Below, in pieces: positions 39,598 to 53,043 of a stretch of DNA of 64,000 bases (position 1 is its first letter; each line of letters begins with the position of its first letter). The stretch covers positions 361,212,001-361,276,000 of the forward strand of contig OZ024741.1 in assembly GCA_964016885.1 (NCBI GenBank), in the 5' to 3' direction. The DNA comes from Eledone cirrhosa. Lineage: Eukaryota. Under the pieces are notes generated by a model that made no database searches, was not told the origin of the DNA, and saw only the letters and a program-made list of their open reading frames with translations. The position numbers and the translations under genes were made by a program.

Positions 39598-42500
39598 AGT
39601 ATATCCACACATATACTTAACTAATATCATATACCACCTAACAATATAGTATATACACATATATACTATACAGTAATATCCCACACCACCTAACAATATA
39701 GTATATACACATATATACTATACAGTAATATCCCATACCACCTAACACTATAGTATACACACATATATACTATACAGTAATATCCCATACTACCTAACAA
39801 TATAGTATATACACATGTATACTATACAGTAATATCCCACACCACCTAACAATATAGTATATCCACACATATATACTATACAGTAATATCCCACACCACC
39901 TAACACTATAGTATATACACATGTATACTATACAGTAATATCCCACACCACCTAACAATATAGTATATACACATATATACTATACAGTAATATCCCACAC
40001 CACCTAACAATATAGTATATACACATATATACTATACAGTAATATCCCACACCACCTAACAATATAGTATATACACATATATACTATACAGTAATATCCC
40101 ACACCACCTAACAATATAGTATATCCACACATATATACTATACAGTAATATCCCATACCACCTAACAATATAGTATATACACATATATACTATACAGTAA
40201 TATCCCACACCACCTAACAATATAGTATATACACATATATACTATACAGTAATATCCCACACCACCTAACAATATAGTGTATACACACATATATACTATA
40301 CAGTAATATCCCACACCACCTAACAATATAGTATATACACATATATACTATACAGTAATATCCCATACCACCTAACAATATAGTATATACACATATATAC
40401 TATACAGTAATATCCCATACCACCTAACACTATAGTATATACACATATATACTATACAGTAATATCCCATACGACCTAACACTATAGTATATACACATAT
40501 ATACTATACAGTAATATCCCATACCACCTAATAATATAGTATATAAACACATATATACTATACAGTAATATCCCACACCACCTAACAATATAGTATATAC
40601 ACATATATACTATACAGTAATATCCCATACCACCTAACAATATAGTATATACACATATATACTATACAGTAATATCCCATACGACCTAACACTATAGTAT
40701 ATACACATATATACTATACAGTAATATCCCACACCACCTAACAATATAGTATATACACATATATACTATACAGTAATATCCCATACCACCTAACAATATA
40801 GTATATACACATATATACTATACAGTAATATCCGATACCACCTAATAATATAGTATATACACACATATATACTATACAGTAATATCCCACACCACCGAAT
40901 AATATAGTATATACACATATATACTATACAGTAATATCCCATACCACCTAACAATATAGTATATACACATATATACTATACAGTAATATCCCATACCACC
41001 TAACACTATAGTATATACACATATATACTATACAGTAATATCCCATACTACCTAACAATATAGTATATACACATATATACTATACAGTAATATCCCACAC
41101 CACCTAACACTATAGTATATACACATATATACTATACAGTAATATCCCACACCACCTAACAATATAGTATATACACATATATACTATACAGTAATATCCC
41201 ACACCACCTAACAATATAGTATATACACATATATACTATACAGTAATATCCCATACCACCTAACAATATAGTATATACACATATATACTATACAGTAATA
41301 TCCCATACCACCTAACACTATAGTATATACACATATATACTATACAGTAATATCCCATACTACCTAACAATATAGTATATACAGATATATACTATACAGT
41401 AATATCCCATACCACCTAACACTATAGTATATACACATATATACTATACAGTAATATCCCACACCACCTAACACTATAGTATATACACATATATACTATA
41501 CAGTAATATCCCACACCACCTAACAATATAGTGTATACACACATATATACTATACAGTAATATCCCACACCACCTAACACTATAGTATATACACATATAT
41601 ACTATACAGTAATATCCCACACCACCTAACAATATAGTATATACACATATATACTATACAGTAATATCCCATAGCACCTAACAATATAGTATATACAGAT
41701 ATATACTATACAGTAATATCCCACACCACCTAACAATATAGTGTATCCACATATATACTATACAGTAATATCCCACACCACCTAACAATATAGTATATAC
41801 ACATATATACTATACAGTAATATCCCAAACCACCTAACACTATAGTATATACACATATATACTATACAGTAATATCCCTCACCACCTAACAATATAGTAT
41901 ATCCACATATATATACTATACAGTAATATCCCACACCACCTAACAATATAGTATATACACATATATACTATACAGTAATATCCCACACCACCTAACAATA
42001 TAGTATATACACATATATACTATACAGTAATATCCCACACCACCTAACAATATAGTATATACACATATATACTATACAGTAATATCCCATACCACCTAAC
42101 AATATAGTATATACACACATATATACTATACAGTAATATCCCACACCACCTAACAATATAGTATATACACATATATACTATACAGTAATATCCCACACCA
42201 CCTAACAATATAGTATATCCACACATATATACTATACAGTAATATCCCACACCACCTAACACTATAGTATATACACATATATACTATACAATAATATCCC
42301 ACACCACCTAACAATATAGTATATACACATATATACTATACAGTAATATCCCACACCACCTAACAATATAGTGTATACACATATATACTATACAGTAATA
42401 TCCCACACCACCTAACAATATAGTATATACACATATATACTATACAGTAATATCCCATACTACCTAACAATATAGTATATACACATATATACTATACAGT

Positions 42501-44950
42501 AATATCCCATACCACCTAACAATATAGTATACACACATATATACTATACAGTAATATCCCATACCACCTAACAATATAGTATATCCACACATATATACTA
42601 TACAGTAATATCCCATACCACCTAACAATATAGTGTATACACATATATACTATACAGTAATATCCCATACCACCTAACAATATAGTATATACACATATAT
42701 ACTATACAGTAATATCCCACACCACCTAACAATATAGTATATACACATATATACTATACAGTAATATCCCACACCACCTAACAATATAGTATATACACAT
42801 ATATACTATACAGTAATATCCCACACCACCTAACAATATAGTATATACACATATATACTATACAGTAATATCCCACACCACCTAACAATATAGTATATAC
42901 ACATATATACTATACAGTAATATCCCACACCACCTAACAATATAGTGTATCCACATATATACTATACAGTAATATCCCACACCACCTAACAATATAGTAT
43001 ATACACATATATACTATACAGTAATATCCCATACCACCTAACAATATAGTATACACACATATATACTATACAGTAATATCCCACACCACCTAACAATATA
43101 GTATATACACATATATACTATACAGTAAATCCCATACTACCTAACAATATAGTATATACACATATATACTATACAGTAATATCCCATACTACCTAATAAT
43201 ATAGTATATACACACATATATACTATACAGTAATATCCCACACCACCTAACAATATAGTATATACACATATATACTATACAGTAATATCCCATACTACCT
43301 AACAATATAGTATATACACATATATACTATACAGTAATATCCCATACCACCTAACAATATAGTATATCCACACATATATACTATACAGTAATATCCCACA
43401 CCACCTAACAATATAGTATATACACATATATACTATACAGTAATATCCCATACCACCTAACAATATAGTATATACACATATATACTATACAGTAATATCC
43501 CATACAACCTAACAATATAGTATATATACTATACAGTAATATCCCACACCACCTAACAATATAGTATATACACATATATACTATACAGTAATATCCCACA
43601 CCACCTAACAATATAGTATATACACATATATACTATACAGTAATATCCCACACCACCTAACAATATAGTATATACACATATATACTATACAGTAATATCC
43701 CACACCACCTAACAATATAGTATATACACATATATACTATACAGTAATATCCCACACCACCTAACAATATAGTATATACACATATATACTATACAGTAAT
43801 ATCCCACACCACCTAACAATATAGTGTATCCACATATATACTATACAGTAATATCCCACACCACCTAACAATATAGTATATACACATATATACTATACAG
43901 TAATATCCCATACCACCTAACAATATAGTATACACACATATATACTATACAGTAATATCCCACACCACCTAACAATATAGTATATACACATATATACTAT
44001 ACAGTAAATCCCATACTACCTAACAATATAGTATATACACATATATACTATACAGTAATATCCCATACTACCTAATAATATAGTATATACACACATATAT
44101 ACTATACAGTAATATCCCACACCACCTAACAATATAGTATATACACATATATACTATACAGTAATATCCCATACAACCTAACAATATAGTATATATACTA
44201 TACAGTAATATCCCACACCACCTAACAATATAGTATACACACATATATACTATACAGTAATATCCCATACTACCTAACAATATAGTATATACACATATAT
44301 ACTATACAGTAATATCCCATACCACCTAACAATATAGTATATCCACACATATATACTATACAGTAATATCCCACACCACCTAACAATATAGTATATACAC
44401 ATATATACTATACAGTAATATCCCATACCACCTAACAATATAGTATATACACATATATACTATACAGTAATATCCCACACCACCTAACAATATAGTATAT
44501 ACACATATATACTATACAGTAATATCCCACACCACCTAACAATATAGTATATACACATATATACTATACAGTAATATCCCACACCACCTAACAATATAGT
44601 ATATACACATATATACTATACAGTAATATCCCACACCACCTAACAATATAGTATATCCACACATATATACTATACAGTAATATCCCATACCACCTAACAA
44701 TATACTATATCCACACATATATACTATACAGTAATATCCCACACCACCTAACAATATAGTATATACACATATATACTATACAGTAATATCCCATAGCACC
44801 TAACAATATAGTATATACACATATATACTATACAGTAATATCCCATACCACCTAACAATATAGTATATACACATATATATACTATACAGTAATATCCCAT
44901 ACCACCTAACAATATAGTGTATCCACCCACATATACTATACAGTAATATC
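39598..44950. repeat. 52-bp minisatellite array, about 100 units, each with an 11-bp inverted repeat
   Basis: Unit cctaacaaTATAGTATATAcacaTATATACTATAcagtaatatcccacacca. Period 52 checked at 39901/39953/40005; 54-bp variants occur. Confidence 0.97.
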
Positions 44951-45399
44951 ACTTACCTTCTAACAAGGTACTCTGTTTACACTTAGTGTCTCTAACAAGA
45001 TACCTTATTCACATTTCTACCTCTGCATTATTACATTTCCACCATTATAAGCAGTGAATAGTTTGTATGTCTATATTTAGTAATGTACTACATAGTTTGT
45101 ATTTGGAACTGATGAGGATGATGATGTTGATGATGATGATGGTGAAGAGTATGATGATGATGCCACTGTTGCTGCTACTACTCTGATTACTACCACCACC
45201 ACCACCACCACGTTGGCAAGATATTATGGTCTTGGTGCTGGTAGCTGTGGCTGGAGGAGTGGGAGGGAGCAATGAGAGAATGGTGGTACTGCTGGCATAT
45301 GGGTGTGATAATAGTGGTGGTGATAAAGTCAGTTTTTATCAAACTATCTATCTATCTGCTTGCCTATCTGTATGTCTGCATATTAACCTATTTGTCTAT

Positions 45400-45940
45400 C
45401 TTGTCTCCCCCTATTGGGGAAAATCGATTAATTTTTAAATTGCATTTGTGATAGTATTTTACACGTTTTTATTGTATGTAAACTTCCCCTTTATATTGTC
45501 CCCTTCTTTTGTGCCCCTGTGGCTAATAAAGAAACATATCTATCTAACAACTGATTCTTTTTTTCAAATACCACTTTGGTAGAAGAATGAGGATGGAGAG
45601 AGAGGTGCTGTACCCCAGCAAGTTTTATGAAAGGTGGGTGAAAGTGGCGAGAATGGCCCGAGTGAATGGGCCTTCTCTCTATATCAGCCTGTAGGTTGAG
45701 GAAAAAGAGGAAGAGAGGAAAGGGGTACAAACTCTTCGTACTCCTGGAGATGAGGGTTGCACATTTTTTCGGGGGTATGTGTTACCCATATGAACTGTCT
45801 CCCCCCTATTGGGGAAAATCGACTAATTTTTAAATTGCATTTGTGATAGTATTTTACACGTTTTTATTGTATGTAAACTTCCCCTTTCTATTGTCCCCTT
45901 CTTTTGTGCCCCTGTGGCTAATAAAGAAACATATCTATTT
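45400..45940 (+). mobile_element. Two tandem 3' ends of a probable Tx1/L1-like LINE next to (TATC)n
   Basis: About 140-bp direct repeats (45402-45545, 45795-45938) ending AATAAAGAAACATATCTAT. The spacer encodes FFKYHFGRRMRMEREVL..KFYERWVKVAR followed by a stop. Confidence 0.5.
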
Positions 45941-46779
45941 ATCTGTCGTCTGTCTATTCACACCTACAGTTTCTATCTATTCACACCTATACAGCAACAA
46001 CAACAATCCTTGCTTTCAGGATAATTCCAGTGTAAACAATTAGGTCAACTTCTGAGCAATACAATTGCCAATTTATTTATTTGGCTTTGTTTCTGCTGTT
46101 GTTGTTGTTGCCATTGCAGCCATTTATTCAGCTTTATTATTATTATATTATACATGGTCCACTTTTTATTGGTTGATATTCAAATGTTCCCATAAATCAA
46201 ACTAAGCAATAACAACAAAAACAACAATTTTGAAAGTATGTTAGCTTATTGTAAGTCACTACAATGCAGATTTGACTATTAAATAACCACCCAACTCCCT
46301 TTCCCCCACCTCCACCCTATCTGCCCTCTCCAGGGGTTCACATGCCCTACTTGTTTGGTTATTTAATAGTCCAAACCTGCGTTTTAGCAGCTTACAATAA
46401 GCTAACATAATTTCAAAGTTCAAAATGCAGGCCCTATTCCTTTCCATTGCAATCTTTTCACTGCTTAGGGACTCCTTCTACCACCTGGCCCCAGTAAAGT
46501 ACTAATCATGTACTGGAATCAATTTAATTGATTATACTCTTTCCCTCAATTTTCTGGCCTCGTTCATATGCTACAAATTGTTGTTGTCGTTGTTGTTGTT
46601 GTCATTGTTGATGCTGTCATTGTTGTCGTTGCTGTTGTTGTTGTTGTTGTTGCTATTGTGAGGGTGGAGGATTGGCAATATTAGTAGAGCATCGGACAAC
46701 ATACTTTGCAACATATAATTATGGCCCTTTATGTTCTGAGTTCAAATCCCCACTGAGATTAGCTTTGTCTTTTATCCTT

Positions 46780-46810
<31 letters not shown>

Positions 46811-46852
46811 GGGGGGGGCAATAAACTAAAGCATGCACTGGAGTTGATTTAA

Positions 46853-49235
46853 CCTCTTCAGTGCCATAGACGAGATAACTTGTCCTAACATGTATGTATT
46901 CCAGTGCCATAGACGAGATAACTTGTCCTAACATGTATGTATTCCAGTGCCATAGACGAGATAACTTGTCCTAACATGTATGTATTCCAGTGCCATAGAT
47001 GGGATAACTTGTCCTAACATGTATGTATTCCAGTGCCATAGACGAGATAACTTGTCCTAACATGTATGTATTCCAGTGCCATAGATGGGATAACTTGTCC
47101 TAACATGTATGTATTCCGGTGCCATAGATGGGATAACTTGTCCTAACATGTATGTATTCCAGTGCCATAGATGGGATAACTTGTCCTAACATGTATGTAT
47201 TCCAGTGCCATAGATGGGATAACTTGTCCTAACATTATGTATTCCAGTGCCATAGATGGGATAACTTGTCCTAACATTATGTATTCCAGTGCCATAGATG
47301 GGATAACTTGTCCTAACATTATGTATTCCAGTGCCATAGATGGGATAACTTGTCCTAACATTATGTATTCCAGTGCCATAGATGGGATAACTTGTCCTAA
47401 CATTATGTATTCCAGTGCCATAGATGGGATAACTTGTCCTAACATTATGTATTCCAGTGCCATAGATGGGATAACTTGTCCTAACATTATGTATTCCAGT
47501 GCCATAGATGGGATAACTTGTCCTAACATTATGTATTCCAGTGCCATAGATGGGATAACTTGTCCTAACATTATGTATTCCAGTGCCATAGACGAGATAA
47601 CTTGTCCTAACATGTATGTATTCCAGTGCCATAGATGGGATAACTTGTCCTAACATGTATGTATTCCAGTGCCATAGACGAGATAACTTGTCCTAACATG
47701 TATGTATTCCAGTGCCATAGACGAGATAACTTGTCCTAACATGTATGTATTCCAGTGCCATAGATGGGATAACTTGTCCTAACATGTATGTATTCCAGTG
47801 CCATAGATGGGATAACTTGTCCTAACATGTATGTATTCCAGTGCCATAGACGAGATAACTTGTCCTAACATTATGTATTCCAGTGCCATAGATGGAATAA
47901 CTTGTCCTAACATGTATGTATTCCAGTGCCATAGATGGGGTAACTTGTCCTAACATGTATGTATTCCAGTGCCATAGATGGGATAACTTGTCCTAACATG
48001 TATGTATTCCAGTGCCATAGATGGGATAATTTGTCCTAACATGTATGTATTCCAGTGCCATAGACGAGATAACTTGTCCTAACATGTATGTATTCCAGTG
48101 CCATAGACGAGATAACTTGTCCTAACATGTATGTATTCCAGTGCCATAGACGAGATAACTTGTCCTAACATGTATGTATTCCAGTGCCATAGACGAGATA
48201 ACTTGTCCTAACATTATGTATTCCAGTGCCATAGATGGGATAACTTGTCCTAACATGTATGTATTCCAGTGCCATAGATGGGATAACTTGTCCTAACATG
48301 TATGTATTCCAGTGCCATAGATGGGATAACTTGTCCTAACATGTATGTATTCCAGTGCCATAGACGAGATAACTTGTCCTAACATGTATGTATTCCAGTG
48401 CCATAGACGAGATAACTTGTCCTAACATTATGTATTCCAGTGCCATAGATGGGATAACTTGTCCTAACATGTATGTATTCCAGTGCCATAGATGGGATAA
48501 CTTGTCCTAACATGTATGTATTCCAGTGCCATAGATGGGATAACTTGTCCTAACATGTATGTATTCCAGTGCCATAGACGAGATAACTTGTCCTAACATT
48601 ATGTATTCCAGTGCCATAGACGAGATAACTTGTCCTAAAATGTATGTATTCCAGTGCCATAGATGGGATAACTTGTCCTAACATGTATGTATTCCAGTGC
48701 CATAGACGAGATAACTTGTCCTAACATGTATGTATTCCAGTGCCATAGACGAGATAACTTGTCCTAACATGTATGTATTCCAGTGCCATAGACGAGATAA
48801 CTTGTCCTAACATGTATGTATTCCAGTGCCATAGATGGGATAACTTGTCCTAACATGTATGTATTCCAGTGCCATAGACGAGATAACTTGTCCTAACATG
48901 TATGTATTCCAGTGCCATAGATGGGATAACTTGTCCTAACATGTATGTATTCCAGTGCCATAGATCAGATAACTCGTCCTAACATGTATGTATTCCAGTG
49001 CCATAGACGAGATAACTTGTCCTAACATGTATGTATTCCAGTGCCATAGATCAGATAACTCGTCCTAACATGTATGTATTCCAGTGCCATAGACGAGATA
49101 ACTTGTCCTAACATGTATGTATTCCAGTGTCACAGACGAGATAACTCATTTCCAACAGTTTATAACTACATTTTACTGAAAAAAAACCTGGCATAGCAAC
49201 TATATCTGTGTAAAATATATGCAGCAGTCAACAGG
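46853..49235. mobile_element. piggyBac-like element with TTAA TSD, inserted in a SINE and almost entirely made of a 43-bp satellite
   Basis: TTAA|CCTCTTCAGTGC ... GCAGTCAACAGG|TTAA. Removing it restores the SINE sequence gcactggagttgat-ttaa-tcaacttttccctcccc. Confidence 0.65.
46858..49148. repeat. 43/42-bp minisatellite, about 53 units
   Basis: Unit ccagtgccatag(atggg/acgag)ataacttgtcctaacat(g)tatgtatt. Period 43 checked at 46901/46944. Confidence 0.97.
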
Positions 49236-51268
49236 TTAATCAACTTTTCCCTCCCCTGCAAATTGCTGGCCTTGTAGGAACAATTATTACTTTACAAAAT
49301 AATTCTATTATGTATTCCAGCCAACAGGCCAAGTCCATGCTGGGGCATCGCCATTGCTTAATTTATGGCAAAATTTAAATAATAACCTCTGAAAGCATTT
49401 ATGAAATAAATACTGATTCCATTGATTCTTCATTAAGGCCCTAATTAGGTTTCAATTTAAAGAAATAACAAAAGATTGTGATTTCCCAAACTTTACAGAA
49501 CACTGTCCACTCTCCACTTGGTTATCCATTTAGCTCTATACTTCAACATGCCCATACGCACACACTACAGTATTAAGTGCCAATGGTTTCTTGACCTACC
49601 GAAAATGGCAGCTAAATTTTCCTCAAATCAAGTCATTGCTGTATGGTTAAAGAGTTTGATTTGCAACCATGTGGTTTTAGGGTCAGTCTCACTGCAACAT
49701 AATTTTATATAAGAACCCTATGTTAAGTTACTATCCTAATGATGAAATGATAAAAATTTTAGTAAATTCCTCAAAATTCTTCATTAATTAATTGAAATAG
49801 ACTGTATTTTATTAGGAAATGCAATCACAAATGAGTTAATCCTCCTTAACCCTTTCATTACAGTATTCCTATTGAACAACGCCATCTATAATTTTTAAAT
49901 TGTTTTGAAAGTAATCAAGAACTCAGAGAAATTTAGTAACATAACTAACTTTCTTGTAGACTCATTAGGATGTCAGACAAATGCTTAGCAGTATTTGTTT
50001 CAGCTCTTTACATTCTGAGTTCAAATCTCCTTTCATTCTTCCTGGGTCGATAAAATTAGTACCAGTAATGCACTGGGGTTCATATAATCGACTTTCTCTT
50101 CACCATAAATTGCAGGTCTTTGTATTAAACTGGTGCTTGAAGCATAACTTAAAGTTTCTTATACAGAATTATGAAGGTTTTTAATTAAATATAAACACTT
50201 TAAAATAAACAGCTTTGTATCATGGAACAAGGGACAATATCTGGTGATTTAGTATTAAAAGGGTTATTCACACATATGCAGCTGAAGGGTCACTGTGATT
50301 AGTAATGAATGCTAACTGGATATGAGCCTAAAAAGTATACTATTTCTTTCTTTCTTTCTTCCTTTCTATTTCTTGTTCTTTCTTCCTTTCTTTGACATGT
50401 TCTCTCTAGGAATCTCTCCCCTCCCTACTCTCTCTCTCCGAATCTCTCACTTCCCTACTCTCTCTGCCTCTGCCCCTCTCTCTCTTTACGAATCTCTCCC
50501 CTCCCTACTCTCTCTCTACGAATCTCTCCCCTCCCTACTCTCTCTCTACCTTGCCCTTTATAAACAGCATATATCTGTGTAAGCCCAACCCCAACATCTT
50601 CTATGTTCAGCCTTGCACTATTTTCAAGGCTGCTGCTATTCATGATAATGATGAGAAGGAGAATAAATATAGGAGGCAGAGGAGGAGAAAGAGAAGGAGG
50701 AGAGGAAAGTGATGATAATGATTATAATGATGATGATGATGATGTAAGAAAATATCTTCCTGTCTACTCCAATCCTAAGAAAAACAGCTGTTTCTCATGC
50801 AACCATCATAATAAACATACTTACACACACATGCAAGCTCACACACACATATAAGCACATGCTCATGTGTATGCAGTGTTACTCATATATGCATGTGCAC
50901 ACACACAAATATACAGACACACATATACATGCATACACTCAGACATACATGTGCCCATATACATATGTACTCTGACACACATGCACACAAATATATCATA
51001 TACAAATATACACATACTTGCAAAGATGTAGATACACATATAAACAGAGGAAGACAGATACACATGTGCATGAATCTATACACACACATGCACATATATA
51101 TACAGAAGCATATGTCTAGCTACACATACCCACATCTACATGCATATATACATGCAAAAGAATGCACCTACCTTTGCATATGACCCTCCCAAAGTATAAC
51201 AATATCTGTTTCAACACACGTTTTCAGATAAGAAATCTCGCAAAACAAATTCAAAAACGCATTATATA

Positions 51269-52317
51269 TCTATATTATAAAGCTGACGGCCGTATGTATG
51301 TAAAAAACTGTTCGCCAAACGGCTGGACCAAACAGCACCAAGTTTGCCCCATAGATGTAACTTTTTCCAAGTAAGAAAGTGAGGGTATTTTGTCTACTAA
51401 ATTTCGTTAAAAGATTAAAGATATTTTATCTTGTATTTAAATATTCACTTCTTTAAAATGTTCAAATGTCAACACTTCCAGTTATACGACATTCCCCTCT
51501 CTTGCTTAGTCTGTCTTTTTAGATAGATACATAGCTATAACGTCGCGCCCTTATAATATGTCTCTGTATGTCTAGCTGTCTGCATTAGATACATGGCTAT
51601 AACGTCACACGCTTATAATATCTGTCTGTCTGGCTGCCTGTCTGCATTGACTTTGCTTCTAACCAACTTTTAATTAATTCAGTGCAAAGATACTGCACGC
51701 CCTGCAACGTTTTTCGAAATATTTACTTCTGTGTTCACAGATTGATTTCTTCACAGGTGGCTTATCGTCATTGTTACTGCCGATATGCCACCCCAAAACC
51801 CCAGCCTCTCCACAAGATCAGATTTTCCAGAAGAAAAAATGTTACTAGAGCAACAGAGATACTAAGCTTCGCGATTACCATCAACAAAGCTCAGGGTCAA
51901 ACCCTAAAAGTGGCCGGCCTTCATCTGGGAAAACCATGTTTCTCCCATGGTCAATTGTATGTAGGATGCTCTAGAGTGAGCTCACCAAACAATCTCTTCA
52001 TCTTTGCTCCCGAGGGCCAAACAAAAAATATTGTATACTCTGAGGCTCTAACAATGTAATTTATGTATTTTCTGTTACTTGGAATTTCCATTATGGTTGT
52101 ACATTATGGTTGTATGTATATTTAACATACTGGCTGCTGAACTGGGGAATCCTAAAAACTATTCAAACCCAACATCAGAGCACGTTAACCGTCCCCCTCC
52201 CCTCCCCTCGCTGACTTGAGAGGGCGTGCAGTATCTTTGCACTGGAGTGGAGGGGGAATCCTGAAAATATAAAATGCTGGTATACCTAGCCGGGCGCAAG
52301 CCAGACGGGCCAGCTAG
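51269..52317 (+). mobile_element. Non-autonomous Helitron carrying a PIF1-type helicase C-terminal fragment
   Basis: A|TCTATATTATAAAGCTG 5' end. FAITINKAQGQTL...FSHGQLYVGCSRV..TKNIVYSEAL at ~51860-52059. GC-rich subterminal hairpin-like tract, then CTAG|T. Confidence 0.9.
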
Positions 52318-52332
52318 TATACATATATATAT

Positions 52333-52930
52333 CGTCTAACCCATGCTAGCATGGAAGAACGGACGTAAAACGGTGATGATGAAGATGATGATATCATCAT
52401 CATCCTCACTTCCACGCCCATCTTCCACGCTAGCATGGGTTAGATGGTTTTGTCCCACTTGAGGCGAGATTGGTTGGAAGACCGTGTCTCACTCATACAG
52501 AACTGTCTCTGGCAGGTTTTCTATGGTTGGATGCCCTTCCTAACACCAACCACATTTACAGTGTGGACTGGGTGCTTTTTGTCGTGTCCCCTACACAACC
52601 ACTTTACAGTGGACGGAAATGGGAAGATGGAGTAGAGGTGTGGGGTGTATATTGGGTTAAGAGGTGCCTACTGACTGTAGATTTAAGTTTGTATGCAAGG
52701 GAAAGTGGGTCTTCTATACAACTGCATCGTGCCAAAGATCTCGATCCAGTGTCATTATCTTAGAGAGGTGTAAGTGAGCAAGGTCAGTTTTTATCACCTC
52801 GTCCCAGGTTTTTCTCGGTCTACCCACTCCATAGCTTCCATCAATTTTGATTGCTCTGAAGCTTTTTATACAGTTGTTGTATCACATGTCCATACCAATG
52901 CAATCTCCTCTCCTGCACACAACATTTGAT
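52333..52930 (-). mobile_element. RTE 3' fragment (-) abutting a short RTE tail (+), tail to tail
   Basis: 52393-52930 is colinear with the 3' end of 12951-13560. 52333-52392 is the same tail in the opposite orientation. Confidence 0.8.
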
Positions 52931-52996
52931 ACCTCTTATACTTATATCTATATCATCATCATCATGATCATCATTTTACGTCTGCTTTTCCCTGCT

Positions 52997-53043
<47 letters not shown>

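Noticed and set aside
39598-44950. CRISPR-like palindromic repeats or a repetitive Tyr/Gly/Cys protein
   Set aside because: There are no spacers. The 52-bp period is not a multiple of three, so frames are short and interrupted.
47143-47656. ORFs of 14-aa repeats on both strands
   Set aside because: A by-product of a run of 42-bp satellite units; no start context or splice evidence.
46858-49148. CRISPR-like regular repeat
   Set aside because: Units are contiguous with no unique spacers, no cas genes are present, and the context is eukaryotic.
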